Virus record (IMG/VR): IMGVR_UViG_3300014050_000019
DNA: 64,000 nt
Source of the DNA: an uncultured virus (IMG/VR IMGVR_UViG_3300014050_000019)
Taxonomy: Duplodnaviria; Heunggongvirae; Uroviricota; Caudoviricetes
Strand: one strand, 5' to 3'
Position numbers and translations under genes: made by a program. Shown here in pieces: positions 36,276 through 46,952 of the stretch. Positions within the stretch are counted from its first letter, which is position 1; each line of letters begins with the position of its first letter. Below the pieces are notes generated by a model, which saw nothing but the letters and a program-made list of their open reading frames with translations, made no database searches and was not told the origin of the DNA.

Positions 36276-39200
36276 TATACTTGTCCTCCAACATATCGAC
36301 TAGGTCCTTCTTTGGCATTAATTAATGCTAGTTCTTGTTTAAATTTACGCATTACATCATCGGCAGTAACATTTGTTCCATTTAAGTTAATGTCTATATT
36401 ATACAGATTATTACTATTTGGGCTATTTGATATGTTAACTCCATTAAATTTTGTTTGGCTAGGTATATTAAATTTTGGCATAGTAGCAGCATTTGGATAA
36501 ACCATTCCAGCAGTATCAAACTTAATTCCTTCTACCTTACCACCATCATTTAGTGCATAAGGAACTCCTGGAACAACTCTTCCTCCAAGTGCTCTTCTGG
36601 CAGACATTTGTGATGGAATTACTCCTTCAAATTTTTGAGCAACCGCCTGTTTTCCAAATCCAAATTTACCCTTTTCAACTTTATATTTTCTTCCATAAGT
36701 GTCAGTAAATTGATCTCCAACCTCTAAACCATCTGCAGCAATTATTGCGCCTTTAGCATCATTTGTTAAAATTCCACCTGAGTAAGCTTTGTTAACATCA
36801 CCACTTTGTCCACCCTTTACAAGGGCGGCTGAAAACGCTGCAGCATTATTAGTATAGTCTGCAAACTTCCCTTGTGAAACTTTCTCTGCCAGAATTGTTA
36901 CTTCTTTTACATTATTTAATCCATTTTTAAGAGCTTGAACTATGTCTTCAGGCTTTGAAGTAATTCCTAAAGAAGTTCCAAGTTTACCAAGTGCCGCTAA
37001 TGTATTTTGATATTCTGGGGTCTTATCAAACTGCGGAATTGTTTTTAAATTAAAAAGAAGGGTTTGAAGCTGAGAAGTATAACTTGTCATTGAAGTATTA
37101 TATTCGGCAGCTCTTGTTTTTAGATTAGATAAACTTTCTCCAGCTATAGAAGCCTTATCAGCAAGGTCCTGGTTCTTTTTGCTTAACTTATCAATCTGAT
37201 CCTGTAAAGGTTTAATATCTAGCTCAGCTTTTGCTACAATTGCTTCTTCTGCTGCTGCACGATTCTTTTCATTCAAAAGTTGTTCTATGCTTAATTGTTC
37301 TTCAGCATAAGAAGTCATATTTCCAGTAGCCAAAGCTTGTTGAGCCCTTAACTGAGCTTTTTGAATTTCTAACTGAGCATTTTCTGCATCAGTTTGTTTA
37401 CGAATTCCATCAACTTTTTCTTTGGCTTCTTTTCTAATAGCTTCGATTCTCTTATTTAATCCTTCAACAACTTTTCTAGAATCTATTTGTGATTTAGCAG
37501 ATTGTCCTTTAGCAGCTGTCTCTAAAGCTTTTATCTTATCTGTCATTCCAGTATAAGTTTTATTAATCTTTACTACTTCATTATTTTGTTGAATTTGACT
37601 TGCAATTATTGAATTAAGAGATACCGCTGCAATTGCCGCTTCTCCACTAAGAGACTTAACATTTAATGCTACACCAGCTACTACTAGTTGATATTTTGCC
37701 CATGCAGATGTTAAGCTGTCTGTATTATTTAATACATTAGCTAGTTCATGATCAGTTTTACCAATTTCATTAATAATATCTTTTGTTAATTTAGATTGAG
37801 TTGTATAAGAACCATTCATCTTATCAATTGTTTCTTTTATAGCAGCCCCAGTAGTTTCAGCAGATTTTGCAGAAGAATCACCAACCTGTGAATTCTTTTT
37901 AATAATCTCTGCTAAAGTTCCATCCATTGCTTGGAATGCATCATGAAGAGCTCTAGCCTTAGATTCTGCATCTCCAGTTTGCATTGCAGATTCAAATGTT
38001 TTAGCAGTTTGTTTTGCAGCATCTTCTAAAGTTTGAATAGACTGGAAAGCCTTTGTGCCAATTGCTCCTCCTGCAAGGTTTGCTTTTTCTGACATTTTAA
38101 TCATAGTAAATATTTTTGCTGTTGCTTCTTCTGCAGTATCTCCAGCAGCCATGAATTGTGCCTTCAACTGTATTGCAACGCTTTTAACATCTCTACGTTC
38201 TATTTGATTAAATAAATCAACATAGCTACCCATTGTTTTTTTAACTTCTTCTTTAAGCTTTTTATACTGTTCAATAGTCATATTCATAGGAACATTAGCC
38301 TTTGTCATGCTTTCATAAATCATAAGATTTCTTTCCTTAAGATCTTGTGCATTTGTAATAGCCTGTTTCATTTTATCGTTATAACTAGTATATTTTAAAC
38401 CAGCCTTTTCTGCAGCATCAGCATCCATGCCAAATGCTAATCTTCCAGTTTCTAATGCTTTTGCCTTAGCTTTTTGAATATCTATAAAAATTTTAGTTCC
38501 AATAGTAAGTGCAGTTAAAGCAGCACCTAATGGTGTTGCCATTCTTAGTATGCCCGCAAATCCTCTTATTAGTGGTCCTATTGCTTTTGTTATTCCAGTT
38601 AATCCACCAGAAAATGCTCTTAATTTTGTAGCTGCTTTTTCAAATGGGCCAAAGGTCGTTGTGGCACTCTTTGCAAGGTCCTGTACGCCCTGTGGCAGCT
38701 TACTAGCCATTCTTACACCCATTCCAGGCTTTCCGCCACCTAAGCCTCCAAAACCTACCATAGAGCTTAATATAGATGATCCCATGGATATTGCTGAGCC
38801 TAAACCGCCACCTATCTGATTTCCAAGCATCTGTCCGCCACCATAAATTGCTGCACTGCCAAGTAGTCCTTTTATAAATCCGCCACGATTATATCCTCTA
38901 ACCATTCCACCTGTATTATATTTTTGTCCATTTTGAGATGGGATCATTCCGCCATTGCTGTAACCCTTAACCATTCCCCCACGATTATATCCTCTAACCA
39001 TTCCACCTGTATTATATCCAGCAGAACTTAATGTTGAACTTAAAGGTTCTGGCATTGCTGCATGAAAAAATGTTTCTTCAGAACCAGCTTCTCCACGCAA
39101 TCTATCAAACGATAGCTCTGTTCCATCTGATAATGTTAATGAATCTAAAAATGAACTTGAGCCTCTTGAAGATTTATCTGCTAACATTCCTGGGGTTGAT

Positions 39201-42200
39201 GAAAATTTTGTCCATGCTTCTCTTATAGAGGCAGATTCTCTTGATAGAACCCTATTTGTAACCGCATAAATAGGATTGTTTGAATCATTAATTAAATCAA
39301 ATTTTGTTAATTCTTGAGCGTATTCTTCAAAAATTTTATCTGAAAGTTTAGATGCTTGATCTGGAGTAATTTTTCCAGCTTTTACTAAAGACTGCAATAA
39401 AACATCTGCTGAAGTTCTATGTCTACCAGTTCCGCTCATCATTGAAAGAAGTAAAGCGTCTGGAGGTACTCCAGGCCCATACTTCATTTCAGCATTTATT
39501 TTTTGTCTACTTATTGTATTTCCTGCAATAGGTTTTCTTCCTCTAGCAGACAACATCTTGTTATATGCTTTTGCAACTAATGGATTTGTAAATGATGAAC
39601 CAAATACTCCCTGTGTTCCCTTTACTTCATATTCTGTTTTAGATAAACCTGGTTTAAAACGACCTTGAAATAATGATTTTAATACACCAGTTGGAACGAT
39701 TCTTCTTGCTGCAGCAGCAATTACTCCACCAGTTCCATATCTCGGACCATTATTTCCACTTCCTCCATTTATTGCACTAAGTAGTGGAAGGTTTGCTTGT
39801 GCAGCTTCTCTATTTACTACAAACTCTCCTGGGGTTAGCATTGCTGGTACAACATCTGCATTTACATTTGGGCCAGGAACCACATTTCCTTGATTTGCAG
39901 TAAATACATATCCACCATTATTAAACTTTTTAGGAATAGTTGTTTCAATATTATATCCTGCGCCAGATGTTCTTACGCCAAGAACTCCAGCAATTTTATT
40001 AATAAAATCTTTTGTTTTACCTTTTTTGAAAAGTTCACGCATATTTGATTTACCAGTTGCGTCAACTACTGGTTGATTTAATGTAGGAACCATTGTTGGA
40101 TTAATTGTTCTTCCCATTGAAGCCGCAGTAGCAGAAACAGAAGAAGCAATCATTTGTTCAGTTTGTAGATTAAGGGCTACAATCTTTGCTCTAGCAGCTT
40201 CAACTGTTAATTTACCTGCACGAAGCTCTGCTACAATCATTGCAGACTCTCTTGCTGCGTTATCTGTAAGATTTGAAACAACTGGTAGAATATCATCAAA
40301 CTGCATCATAAATTCTTTGCTTACAGTTCCAGTTGCAGCAATTGTTTTCTTTAGCATCTCAATTTCTGCTTTTGATTGCATGCCAAGGGTTGCCATCATT
40401 GCATGCCATCTAGCTGCTTCGCCAGAAACAATACCTGTTGATACACCCTTAACTGTTGTTAGTCCAGGTACATTTGGCAAAGGCTCGTTCATATAAATTT
40501 GTGGGTTTTGACCAATTGCTGCGTTTACTGGAATTGCTCCTGGAACCATTCCAAACATTGTTTGAGATGCTGGATCTCTTCCAACCCTTGAAACCATATG
40601 AGAGCTAGCTCTTGTTCCGTAATCTCCAACTAATGGATGATCTTTGTTAACAACTCTTTGTCCGCCTACACCCATTACTAAATTGCCAGCCATTGTACTA
40701 ACTGCTGGATTTACTGCCATTGCTCCTGATTTTGCTTTTGCCTCTAGCATTGCAAATTCATCAAGTAGGTTCCTTAAAGCTTGCTGTAGTACAGCCGCTG
40801 CTTTAGCATCACTATAGAATGATTGTTCAACTAATTTACCAGCTTTTTCTGCAGCCAACATTTCTGGAGTTAGATATTTCCATCCTTCTCCACCTTTAAA
40901 GAATGCCTTCATATGAGCAGCACCCTTTAGTAAATATCCAAAGAAGTTTGCAAGCACACCCGTGAGCATAATTACTGGACCAATAACTGCCGTTAGTCCT
41001 CCAACAAGTGCCAGTATTTGTTTAACTGGCTTTGGTAGATTATTAGCAAATTGAACTACCTTATCTACAACTTGAATTAAAGCAGTATTTAAAGTTAAAA
41101 ATTGTTCACCTATACCAGCTAAGTCTGCCTTTAATGATTCAAGTGCTCTTCTATATTTACCTGATGCTGATTCTGTAACCTGACTTAATTCTCGACCAGC
41201 GACATTTGCTAAGTCCTGAGAAGATGTTTTCATTAAATCTAATACTTTAAGAGTCTGACTGCCCTGTTTACCTAAATTTTCAAATAATGCATTTAGTCTT
41301 GAAAATTGAAACTTTCCAAATAATTGTTCAATTGCTTGTTGTTTTTGAAGGGGATCTAAGTTATCTAGGGCCCCTTGTAATGCTAACAAGGTACCAGTTA
41401 AATTACCAGCATTATTGTTTACAATTCCTAAAAGGTCTATACCTAAATCTTTAAATTTTCCAACAGCAACATCTGTTGGGTTAATTAAAGATGCAAGAGC
41501 AGATTTGAGTGCATTTGCACCTTCTGCTGCATTAATTCCGCCTTCTTTCATTGCCGTAAGATAAAGCGCTAAATCTTGAATACTTCCACCCAATCCTTGA
41601 ACTACGGGACCAGCTTTTGGAATTGCTTCTATAAGGTCGCCCAGGCTTGTTGAAGTTTGGTTTTCAACTGCGTTAAGAAAGTTAATTGATTCTGCTAGTT
41701 GAGTAGTATTTTGTTTAAATGCGGATTGAATTGCAAGTGTTGCTTTCATTGCATCTTGTCTATCAACTTCTCCAAGTACTGCTAGTCTTGTTGTTTCTTT
41801 TACTGATCCCAACAATTCATTGCCAGTTTTTCCAGTTGCTGCAATATCTGCTGCTAAGCCAATTGTTTCTTTAAAATTAACACCTAAAGCAGAAGATAAT
41901 TCTTTTGCTGTAGCAGAAACTTCAGATCTAACTCTACCCAATTCTGCTGCAGAAGTTCCCGAAACATCTCCATAAACTTTTGTAAGACGAACTAATTCTT
42001 GATCTGCTTCTCTAAATGCTTTAGCAGCTTGTGCTCCAAATGCTGCAAGTGGAACTGTTAAACCTACTGTTAACTGACGACCTGCCCACTGAGTATTTTT
42101 ACCCCAGTTAATAAGTTGTCCCGCACCATCTTGAAGAACTTTGTTCATTATTTGAAGTTCTTGTCTTGCTAGTGCTGCTTTATTTTTTACCTCATCCAGA

Positions 42201-42628
42201 CCTCTTGGAACATGCACGTTGAACTGCATGAGTCCCTGTGCATTTCTGCCTAGCGGTTGTAATATTGAGTTCTGTAGAGCTACTTGCTGTTTTGCTAAAT
42301 CTCTAATAAGTCCGCCAGATGTTTGTGCATGCTGTCTAAAAGTATTAAAATATTGATTTAGTTTTAATTTTCCGCCATCTAAATTTTTACCAAACTTTTC
42401 TACATCTGATTGTAGGCTTACAAAGTGTGTTGAGAACTGTCCAGTACTTCTGAGAGTATCTGAAAACGATCTATTCATGACAGCAATTTGATTTGCCATC
42501 ATCTTATTGGAGTTAGCTAATTGTTCCTGTAATTTTGATAGGCTGGCAGTAACCTTATGCACATCTGCAATAAGGGCTGAAAAGTCGGCATTAGCGACTA
42601 TCTTGGTACTGATTGTTTCGTCAGCCAT
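36275..42628 (-). CDS. tail tape measure protein
   Basis: 2117 aa, Ala/Gly-rich helical, TP901-type core region, MLTPGEFVVN motif, follows the tail chaperones. Confidence 0.95.
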   Translation of the reverse strand: MADETISTKIVANADFSALIADVHKVTASLSKLQEQLANSNKMMANQIAVMNRSFSDTLRSTGQFSTHFVSLQSDVEKFGKNLDGGKLKLNQYFNTFRQHAQTSGGLIRDLAKQQVALQNSILQPLGRNAQGLMQFNVHVPRGLDEVKNKAALARQELQIMNKVLQDGAGQLINWGKNTQWAGRQLTVGLTVPLAAFGAQAAKAFREADQELVRLTKVYGDVSGTSAAELGRVRSEVSATAKELSSALGVNFKETIGLAADIAATGKTGNELLGSVKETTRLAVLGEVDRQDAMKATLAIQSAFKQNTTQLAESINFLNAVENQTSTSLGDLIEAIPKAGPVVQGLGGSIQDLALYLTAMKEGGINAAEGANALKSALASLINPTDVAVGKFKDLGIDLLGIVNNNAGNLTGTLLALQGALDNLDPLQKQQAIEQLFGKFQFSRLNALFENLGKQGSQTLKVLDLMKTSSQDLANVAGRELSQVTESASGKYRRALESLKADLAGIGEQFLTLNTALIQVVDKVVQFANNLPKPVKQILALVGGLTAVIGPVIMLTGVLANFFGYLLKGAAHMKAFFKGGEGWKYLTPEMLAAEKAGKLVEQSFYSDAKAAAVLQQALRNLLDEFAMLEAKAKSGAMAVNPAVSTMAGNLVMGVGGQRVVNKDHPLVGDYGTRASSHMVSRVGRDPASQTMFGMVPGAIPVNAAIGQNPQIYMNEPLPNVPGLTTVKGVSTGIVSGEAARWHAMMATLGMQSKAEIEMLKKTIAATGTVSKEFMMQFDDILPVVSNLTDNAARESAMIVAELRAGKLTVEAARAKIVALNLQTEQMIASSVSATAASMGRTINPTMVPTLNQPVVDATGKSNMRELFKKGKTKDFINKIAGVLGVRTSGAGYNIETTIPKKFNNGGYVFTANQGNVVPGPNVNADVVPAMLTPGEFVVNREAAQANLPLLSAINGGSGNNGPRYGTGGVIAAAARRIVPTGVLKSLFQGRFKPGLSKTEYEVKGTQGVFGSSFTNPLVAKAYNKMLSARGRKPIAGNTISRQKINAEMKYGPGVPPDALLLSMMSGTGRHRTSADVLLQSLVKAGKITPDQASKLSDKIFEEYAQELTKFDLINDSNNPIYAVTNRVLSRESASIREAWTKFSSTPGMLADKSSRGSSSFLDSLTLSDGTELSFDRLRGEAGSEETFFHAAMPEPLSSTLSSAGYNTGGMVRGYNRGGMVKGYSNGGMIPSQNGQKYNTGGMVRGYNRGGFIKGLLGSAAIYGGGQMLGNQIGGGLGSAISMGSSILSSMVGFGGLGGGKPGMGVRMASKLPQGVQDLAKSATTTFGPFEKAATKLRAFSGGLTGITKAIGPLIRGFAGILRMATPLGAALTALTIGTKIFIDIQKAKAKALETGRLAFGMDADAAEKAGLKYTSYNDKMKQAITNAQDLKERNLMIYESMTKANVPMNMTIEQYKKLKEEVKKTMGSYVDLFNQIERRDVKSVAIQLKAQFMAAGDTAEEATAKIFTMIKMSEKANLAGGAIGTKAFQSIQTLEDAAKQTAKTFESAMQTGDAESKARALHDAFQAMDGTLAEIIKKNSQVGDSSAKSAETTGAAIKETIDKMNGSYTTQSKLTKDIINEIGKTDHELANVLNNTDSLTSAWAKYQLVVAGVALNVKSLSGEAAIAAVSLNSIIASQIQQNNEVVKINKTYTGMTDKIKALETAAKGQSAKSQIDSRKVVEGLNKRIEAIRKEAKEKVDGIRKQTDAENAQLEIQKAQLRAQQALATGNMTSYAEEQLSIEQLLNEKNRAAAEEAIVAKAELDIKPLQDQIDKLSKKNQDLADKASIAGESLSNLKTRAAEYNTSMTSYTSQLQTLLFNLKTIPQFDKTPEYQNTLAALGKLGTSLGITSKPEDIVQALKNGLNNVKEVTILAEKVSQGKFADYTNNAAAFSAALVKGGQSGDVNKAYSGGILTNDAKGAIIAADGLEVGDQFTDTYGRKYKVEKGKFGFGKQAVAQKFEGVIPSQMSARRALGGRVVPGVPYALNDGGKVEGIKFDTAGMVYPNAATMPKFNIPSQTKFNGVNISNSPNSNNLYNIDINLNGTNVTADDVMRKFKQELALINAKEGPSRYVGGQV
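38883..39017. repeat. exact 39-bp direct repeat within TMP
   Basis: ccacgattatatcctctaaccattccacctgtattatat at 38883-38921 and 38979-39017 (YNTGGMVRGYNRG). Confidence 0.9.
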
Positions 42629-42638
42629 GTATATTAAA

Positions 42639-43303
42639 CTACTCCCTGAAGTATCCTAATCCCGCTCCAATTCCAAATCCAGCTTGCGCTGCGAAATTTC
42701 CTTGTAGCGAAACAACATCGTTGCTAGTTGCATTTATTCCTGCTGCTCTCAAACGAATGTCTTCGAAACTAGGGCCTCCTTTTTTATCATCTTCGTACTC
42801 ACCTATTTCTACTCCCTTTAAAGACGCAAAGAATTTTTTATCTTCATGATCTTTTTTCTTTAAAGCTTTTAAAGTATTAATAAGTTCTGGCATTGATAAA
42901 TTTTCTTCAAGTTCATCGTAATTTTTCCAATGTCCTAAAAGAAAAACTTCTCCTTCTAAAGCGGCTAAGTCTAGTTCTGACCAGCCAGAACCGCTGCCGC
43001 TAGTAGGTTTGGGGCGTCAAGTTTAATTCCTCCGCAAACTTCTAGAATGCGGTTCATTGTTGGAACATCAATAGCATCTTCAAATGCTTCTCTGTCTGCT
43101 ACTAGGTCTGGTAGCTGTTTTTCTAGTGCAATTGCACATGCATCAATTAAGATGTTTAGTGTATCATCTTCTGTTTGTGACTCTGCTGTCTTTTTAATAG
43201 CTACCATGAACTTACGAAGTTCCTTGATTGATAGTGGTTTTAGCTTTACGGTCTGCCCGTTTTGTAGCTGTACCTCTTCTACGTCATATACTGTTGTTGC
43301 CAA
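42639..43303 (-). CDS. tail assembly chaperone, long form via -1 frameshift (gpGT-like)
   Basis: C CCA AAC slippery site at 43013-43007; the -1 frame is open from there into the 42639..42893 ORF. Confidence 0.8.
42971..43303 (-). CDS. tail assembly chaperone, short form (gpG-like)
   Basis: Between major tail and TMP; TTG start with AGGAGG. Confidence 0.85.
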   Translation of the reverse strand: MATTVYDVEEVQLQNGQTVKLKPLSIKELRKFMVAIKKTAESQTEDDTLNILIDACAIALEKQLPDLVADREAFEDAIDVPTMNRILEVCGGIKLDAPNLLAAAVLAGQN

Positions 43304-43332
43304 TTTAATCCTCCTAGGATCTAGTCATAATC

Positions 43333-43361
43333 ATTATACTAAAAGAAATATACTAATACAA
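43333..43361 (-). promoter_or_regulatory. promoter for chaperone-TMP operon
   Basis: TTGTAT-17-TATAAT. Confidence 0.6.
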
Positions 43362-43364
43362 CCA

Positions 43365-43390
43365 CAAAGGCCCCCAATTTCTTGGGGGCC
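43365..43390 (-). terminator. intrinsic terminator after major tail gene
   Basis: GGCCCCCAA-gaaa-TTGGGGGCC then TTTG. Confidence 0.8.
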
Positions 43391-43411
43391 CTGTAGATAA
43401 TTATTTAATTA

Positions 43412-44134
43412 TTATACAACCAATACACGGTCAATAATCTTACCGTACTCTTGTCCTTCGTAGCCGCTCATAGCGGTTGGAAGTAGACGGAATGTTACTG
43501 GGAATGTAGTTGGGGCTGATCTTGCCAATGTGAAAGCTGATTGCTGCACTGACAAAACACGACGTGCATAGTATACACGCTCTGTCTGAGAACCTGATGT
43601 TGTTGGTGCTTCACCAATTGCAATAAGCTGACGCTCTGTTGGTGCAATACCAAGAGCACCTGCTGCGATACCTAGGGTATCTTTCTTTGATGTACCAGTT
43701 CCTGAAGAAATAATTGTATTATTCTGAGAAATTGCGGTATTGTTAGTTGGGTCATCTGGCTGTCCGAAAATAACTAGAACGTTTTCTAGTGTACCTTCTG
43801 ATAGTTCAGTTGCAATCATAACCTCCATCGCTGACTTGAACAGCTTAGCTGTATCAAGAAGCTGATCCACTGTTACTGAATCATATGTTGGGTTATAAGT
43901 AATCTGCAAACCATTGTTTGTGAAACCTACGTTTCTGTAGTAGAATGTTCCAGAATCTTTTGCGTTAAGGGTATCTCTATAAGATACTCCTGTAGCAAAT
44001 GCTGAAGCATTTGTTGTTCCTGGCTCTGAATTCTCATATGTTGCATATCCTGCTGCTGTTGAATCAATGTTTGAAATGAACAACGGGGACGCACCGACGA
44101 GAATATTTTTAGCATTACCTGCGTTTTGTGCCAT
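43412..44134 (-). CDS. major tail protein
   Basis: NILVGA, VGFTNNGLQITY, VDQLLD and FPVTFRLLP; position; own promoter and terminator. Confidence 0.88.
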   Translation of the reverse strand: MAQNAGNAKNILVGASPLFISNIDSTAAGYATYENSEPGTTNASAFATGVSYRDTLNAKDSGTFYYRNVGFTNNGLQITYNPTYDSVTVDQLLDTAKLFKSAMEVMIATELSEGTLENVLVIFGQPDDPTNNTAISQNNTIISSGTGTSKKDTLGIAAGALGIAPTERQLIAIGEAPTTSGSQTERVYYARRVLSVQQSAFTLARSAPTTFPVTFRLLPTAMSGYEGQEYGKIIDRVLVV

Positions 44135-44220
44135 GTGTTTCTTACCTCCTATATTTCAATATATATATATTTTTTAAAATCTTAAATTAAAGCTGGCTAG
44201 GCTTCTTTCCTCTTAGGATA

Positions 44221-44249
44221 AGTTTATTCCATTATGGGTAAAAAGGCAA
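44221..44249 (-). promoter_or_regulatory. promoter for major tail gene
   Basis: TTGCCT-17-TAAACT. Confidence 0.6.
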
Positions 44250-44252
44250 ACC

Positions 44253-44765
44253 TCAGAGGAACCTGCCCTGACCATCAGTAATTCTAGAATACTTGATTTC
44301 TAGTATAACTTCGGCTGAAAAGAATCCTTGAAGCTCTTCTGAAGGCGCTGTAGGGGATATATCGGCTATATGGACTGTATGAAACTTGAATTTATTTGAT
44401 AGACCAGACCATTTATTTATGCTTTTTGCTGATTCATCAACACGCCTAAACTCATCTGTCATATAGTTTCTTATCTCATTTATTTCTGAAAGATCAGTTG
44501 AGTATATTGTAAATAATATCTGTTCACAGCAAATTAGCCAATTGTCCTCATAAGACATTCCTATCTTATCGTAGACTATATGCTTTTTACCACTAAGGAA
44601 TTGATTCATTTCTGCAGACTGTTGAACTGGAATAATTGGAACTATATTTTCATTTAGATTATCACTCCAATAATCTGTTTCATCAAATATTTCCCTAGAG
44701 TATAATTCTTTCCATAAATATTTTCTTAGCTCTAGCATTGCGTCTAGTTTATAATTTGCTGTCAC
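44253..44765 (-). CDS. probable tail terminator protein
   Basis: Size and position immediately upstream of the major tail gene. Confidence 0.6.
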   Translation of the reverse strand: MTANYKLDAMLELRKYLWKELYSREIFDETDYWSDNLNENIVPIIPVQQSAEMNQFLSGKKHIVYDKIGMSYEDNWLICCEQILFTIYSTDLSEINEIRNYMTDEFRRVDESAKSINKWSGLSNKFKFHTVHIADISPTAPSEELQGFFSAEVILEIKYSRITDGQGRFL

Positions 44766-45544
44766 ATTACACCTCCAAATGCTGATGCTAAAGCTGCGTC
44801 TGCCTGAGACCTTATAGTATTGGCGGAAAATGAATACTGAACCTTTTTAATATCAGAAGGAACTTTTAATGCTTTAGTCATACTGGAATTAAATATTTTT
44901 TGAAACCCAGATCTTTTAATAGATTCATTTACAAGCCTTCCACTAAAAAATCTTGAATGGGCCAAGGTAAACTGATTACGTGCTGCCGATCCGCCAGGTC
45001 TTTTAATATTTACAGGTTTTCCTTTAGGCATAAAAACTGTTTCTCCATCAACTTCAAAAACTAATCTTTCAGAATTTTTTGGCCTAATAACTAATGGATT
45101 TCCCTCTTCCATTATCATTGCCTTGTTTACAAACACATGTCGTCTTTTACCTTTATTGCCTGGAACCATTGATTTAGATGGCAGCAGCTCATAGTTTACT
45201 CTAAAAGATAATCCCTGATCTGAAATCTTATTTAACTTAAAAAGTCTTGCTGTTTTATTTCCAGCTTTTTTCCATTCATAAACATGATGAAGTGATTTAG
45301 GCTTAGATCTAGCTAATGCATCAATATAGTTTCCAAAATCTAAATTTATCTGATCAAACATTATTTTTGTAAATGCATTTTGAAATTGTTTATTTGTAGT
45401 TAGCTTGGATATTACAGATGCTTCATAATATACATATGCAGATATTTGTGCAACAGTACTATCTTTAAGAGGTCCGTTTTGATTAGCAAACATCATTCTT
45501 TCAAGTCCGCTTGAAGCCTGAACTAGCAATGCACTATTGTCCAA
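44762..45544 (-). CDS. neck/tail completion-region protein
   Basis: Basic protein between head closure and tail terminator positions. Confidence 0.5.
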   Translation of the reverse strand: MDNSALLVQASSGLERMMFANQNGPLKDSTVAQISAYVYYEASVISKLTTNKQFQNAFTKIMFDQINLDFGNYIDALARSKPKSLHHVYEWKKAGNKTARLFKLNKISDQGLSFRVNYELLPSKSMVPGNKGKRRHVFVNKAMIMEEGNPLVIRPKNSERLVFEVDGETVFMPKGKPVNIKRPGGSAARNQFTLAHSRFFSGRLVNESIKRSGFQKIFNSSMTKALKVPSDIKKVQYSFSANTIRSQADAALASAFGGVM

Positions 45545-45962
45545 TTTGCTGATTCTCCGATCTCTTCATTGATGAATTGTATCCAAGGACTCTTCCAAAA
45601 GGGTCTGTGATTGGAGTTGTTCCCATTACTTCAAATACAGTTGGTGTCTCGTTTGGAAAATTTATTTCTGTCCAAATTGTATTTCCGTGTTGGTCACGGA
45701 TATTTGTTATCTTTTCTCTAGATATTAACCTATCAGATGTTCTTACCTGAATAATTTGATCATTAATATATTTATTACTAAATACTTGCTTATCGCTTGA
45801 TCTGGTTGTAGCAGAGTTACTTATAACTCCTTTAGCATGACAATTAATTGTTTTATAATAATGCCACTCTCTTTTAATTGCACCCGTATCTGGATCTTGC
45901 ATATCTGATTGACGATAAACGTCTAATTTCATTGAAAGGACTGAGTCTACTAATTCATTCAT
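45534..45962 (-). CDS. probable head-to-tail stopper
   Basis: Position and beta-rich ~140-aa pattern. Confidence 0.65.
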   Translation of the reverse strand: MNELVDSVLSMKLDVYRQSDMQDPDTGAIKREWHYYKTINCHAKGVISNSATTRSSDKQVFSNKYINDQIIQVRTSDRLISREKITNIRDQHGNTIWTEINFPNETPTVFEVMGTTPITDPFGRVLGYNSSMKRSENQQIGQ

Positions 45963-46939
45963 TATAACAACATGATCTGAGAAATTACGTAATTAGATAG
46001 TAGTTGGTCTACATATAAATTACCAGTTCCAGAAGATGCTCCTCCAGAGTATTCAAAGTCCCAGTCAAATGTTGAAATCTTTTTAATATATTTATTTCTC
46101 CAAGCAAAGTCTTTTGAAAAATAATCTTTCATTAATTCTATACATGCTAGCTCTACTTCATCTGGAACTTCTTCGTAGCCAAATCTTCCGTAAACCTGAT
46201 ATCTATCGCCCTGTTTAAAAAAATCTGCAGATTCATGAATACTAGGCGGAATCATTCCATTAGATGTATATACGGTATTGTCTAAGCCAGACGTTCTATC
46301 AATTCTTATTCCAAACCCGCTCTCAGTAACATTTACTGACTTTGACCAGTTATTAATTTTTGGATTGGATAATGAGTCTATTAAAAGATAATCGTTCATA
46401 TACATTCTATGTATTTGAATTATTTTAGTATTAAGTATTAATGTATCTGAATCATTTCCGTATAATAGGTGAGTTTCATCATATGGATAAAAAGTTTGAC
46501 CAGTATAATTTTCAATTATTTTACGTGCATATCTTTCAGCTAATACCAGCTCTGCGTATGATTTATAATTTGGATCAGATCTATCCGCACCATAGCCAAG
46601 CTCCTCACGAGTCTGTTCCAAATCAGTATATGATTTCACAACATATAAATTATGTTCTCTTGTTTGAGCTGTTCCCATTACGTTATAGGCCCAACGTAAT
46701 TTTAATGTTCTGGATCTTGAAACTACATTTTGAGGAAGAAATACCTGATAGATACCAGCATCTTCTTCAACTTTTTCTGCAGTCAGGGTTGCTTGAATTG
46801 TAGTAGGAGAAACTGGATTAAGTGGATCGTTTGTTATGTCATACACCAATACTGTTGGAAGGTTGTCAGAGTCTTGCTCTTCACCCCTCCAATAAACTTT
46901 ATGCTTTACTGGTGCTGTAGATCCTACGTAAATCTCCAT
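45962..46939 (-). CDS. head-to-tail adaptor
   Basis: A...IENYTGQTF, G...VPDEVELAC, TGNLYVDQLL..Y. Confidence 0.75.
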   Translation of the reverse strand: MEIYVGSTAPVKHKVYWRGEEQDSDNLPTVLVYDITNDPLNPVSPTTIQATLTAEKVEEDAGIYQVFLPQNVVSRSRTLKLRWAYNVMGTAQTREHNLYVVKSYTDLEQTREELGYGADRSDPNYKSYAELVLAERYARKIIENYTGQTFYPYDETHLLYGNDSDTLILNTKIIQIHRMYMNDYLLIDSLSNPKINNWSKSVNVTESGFGIRIDRTSGLDNTVYTSNGMIPPSIHESADFFKQGDRYQVYGRFGYEEVPDEVELACIELMKDYFSKDFAWRNKYIKKISTFDWDFEYSGGASSGTGNLYVDQLLSNYVISQIMLL

Positions 46940-46952
46940 AGTGTAGGCTTAG

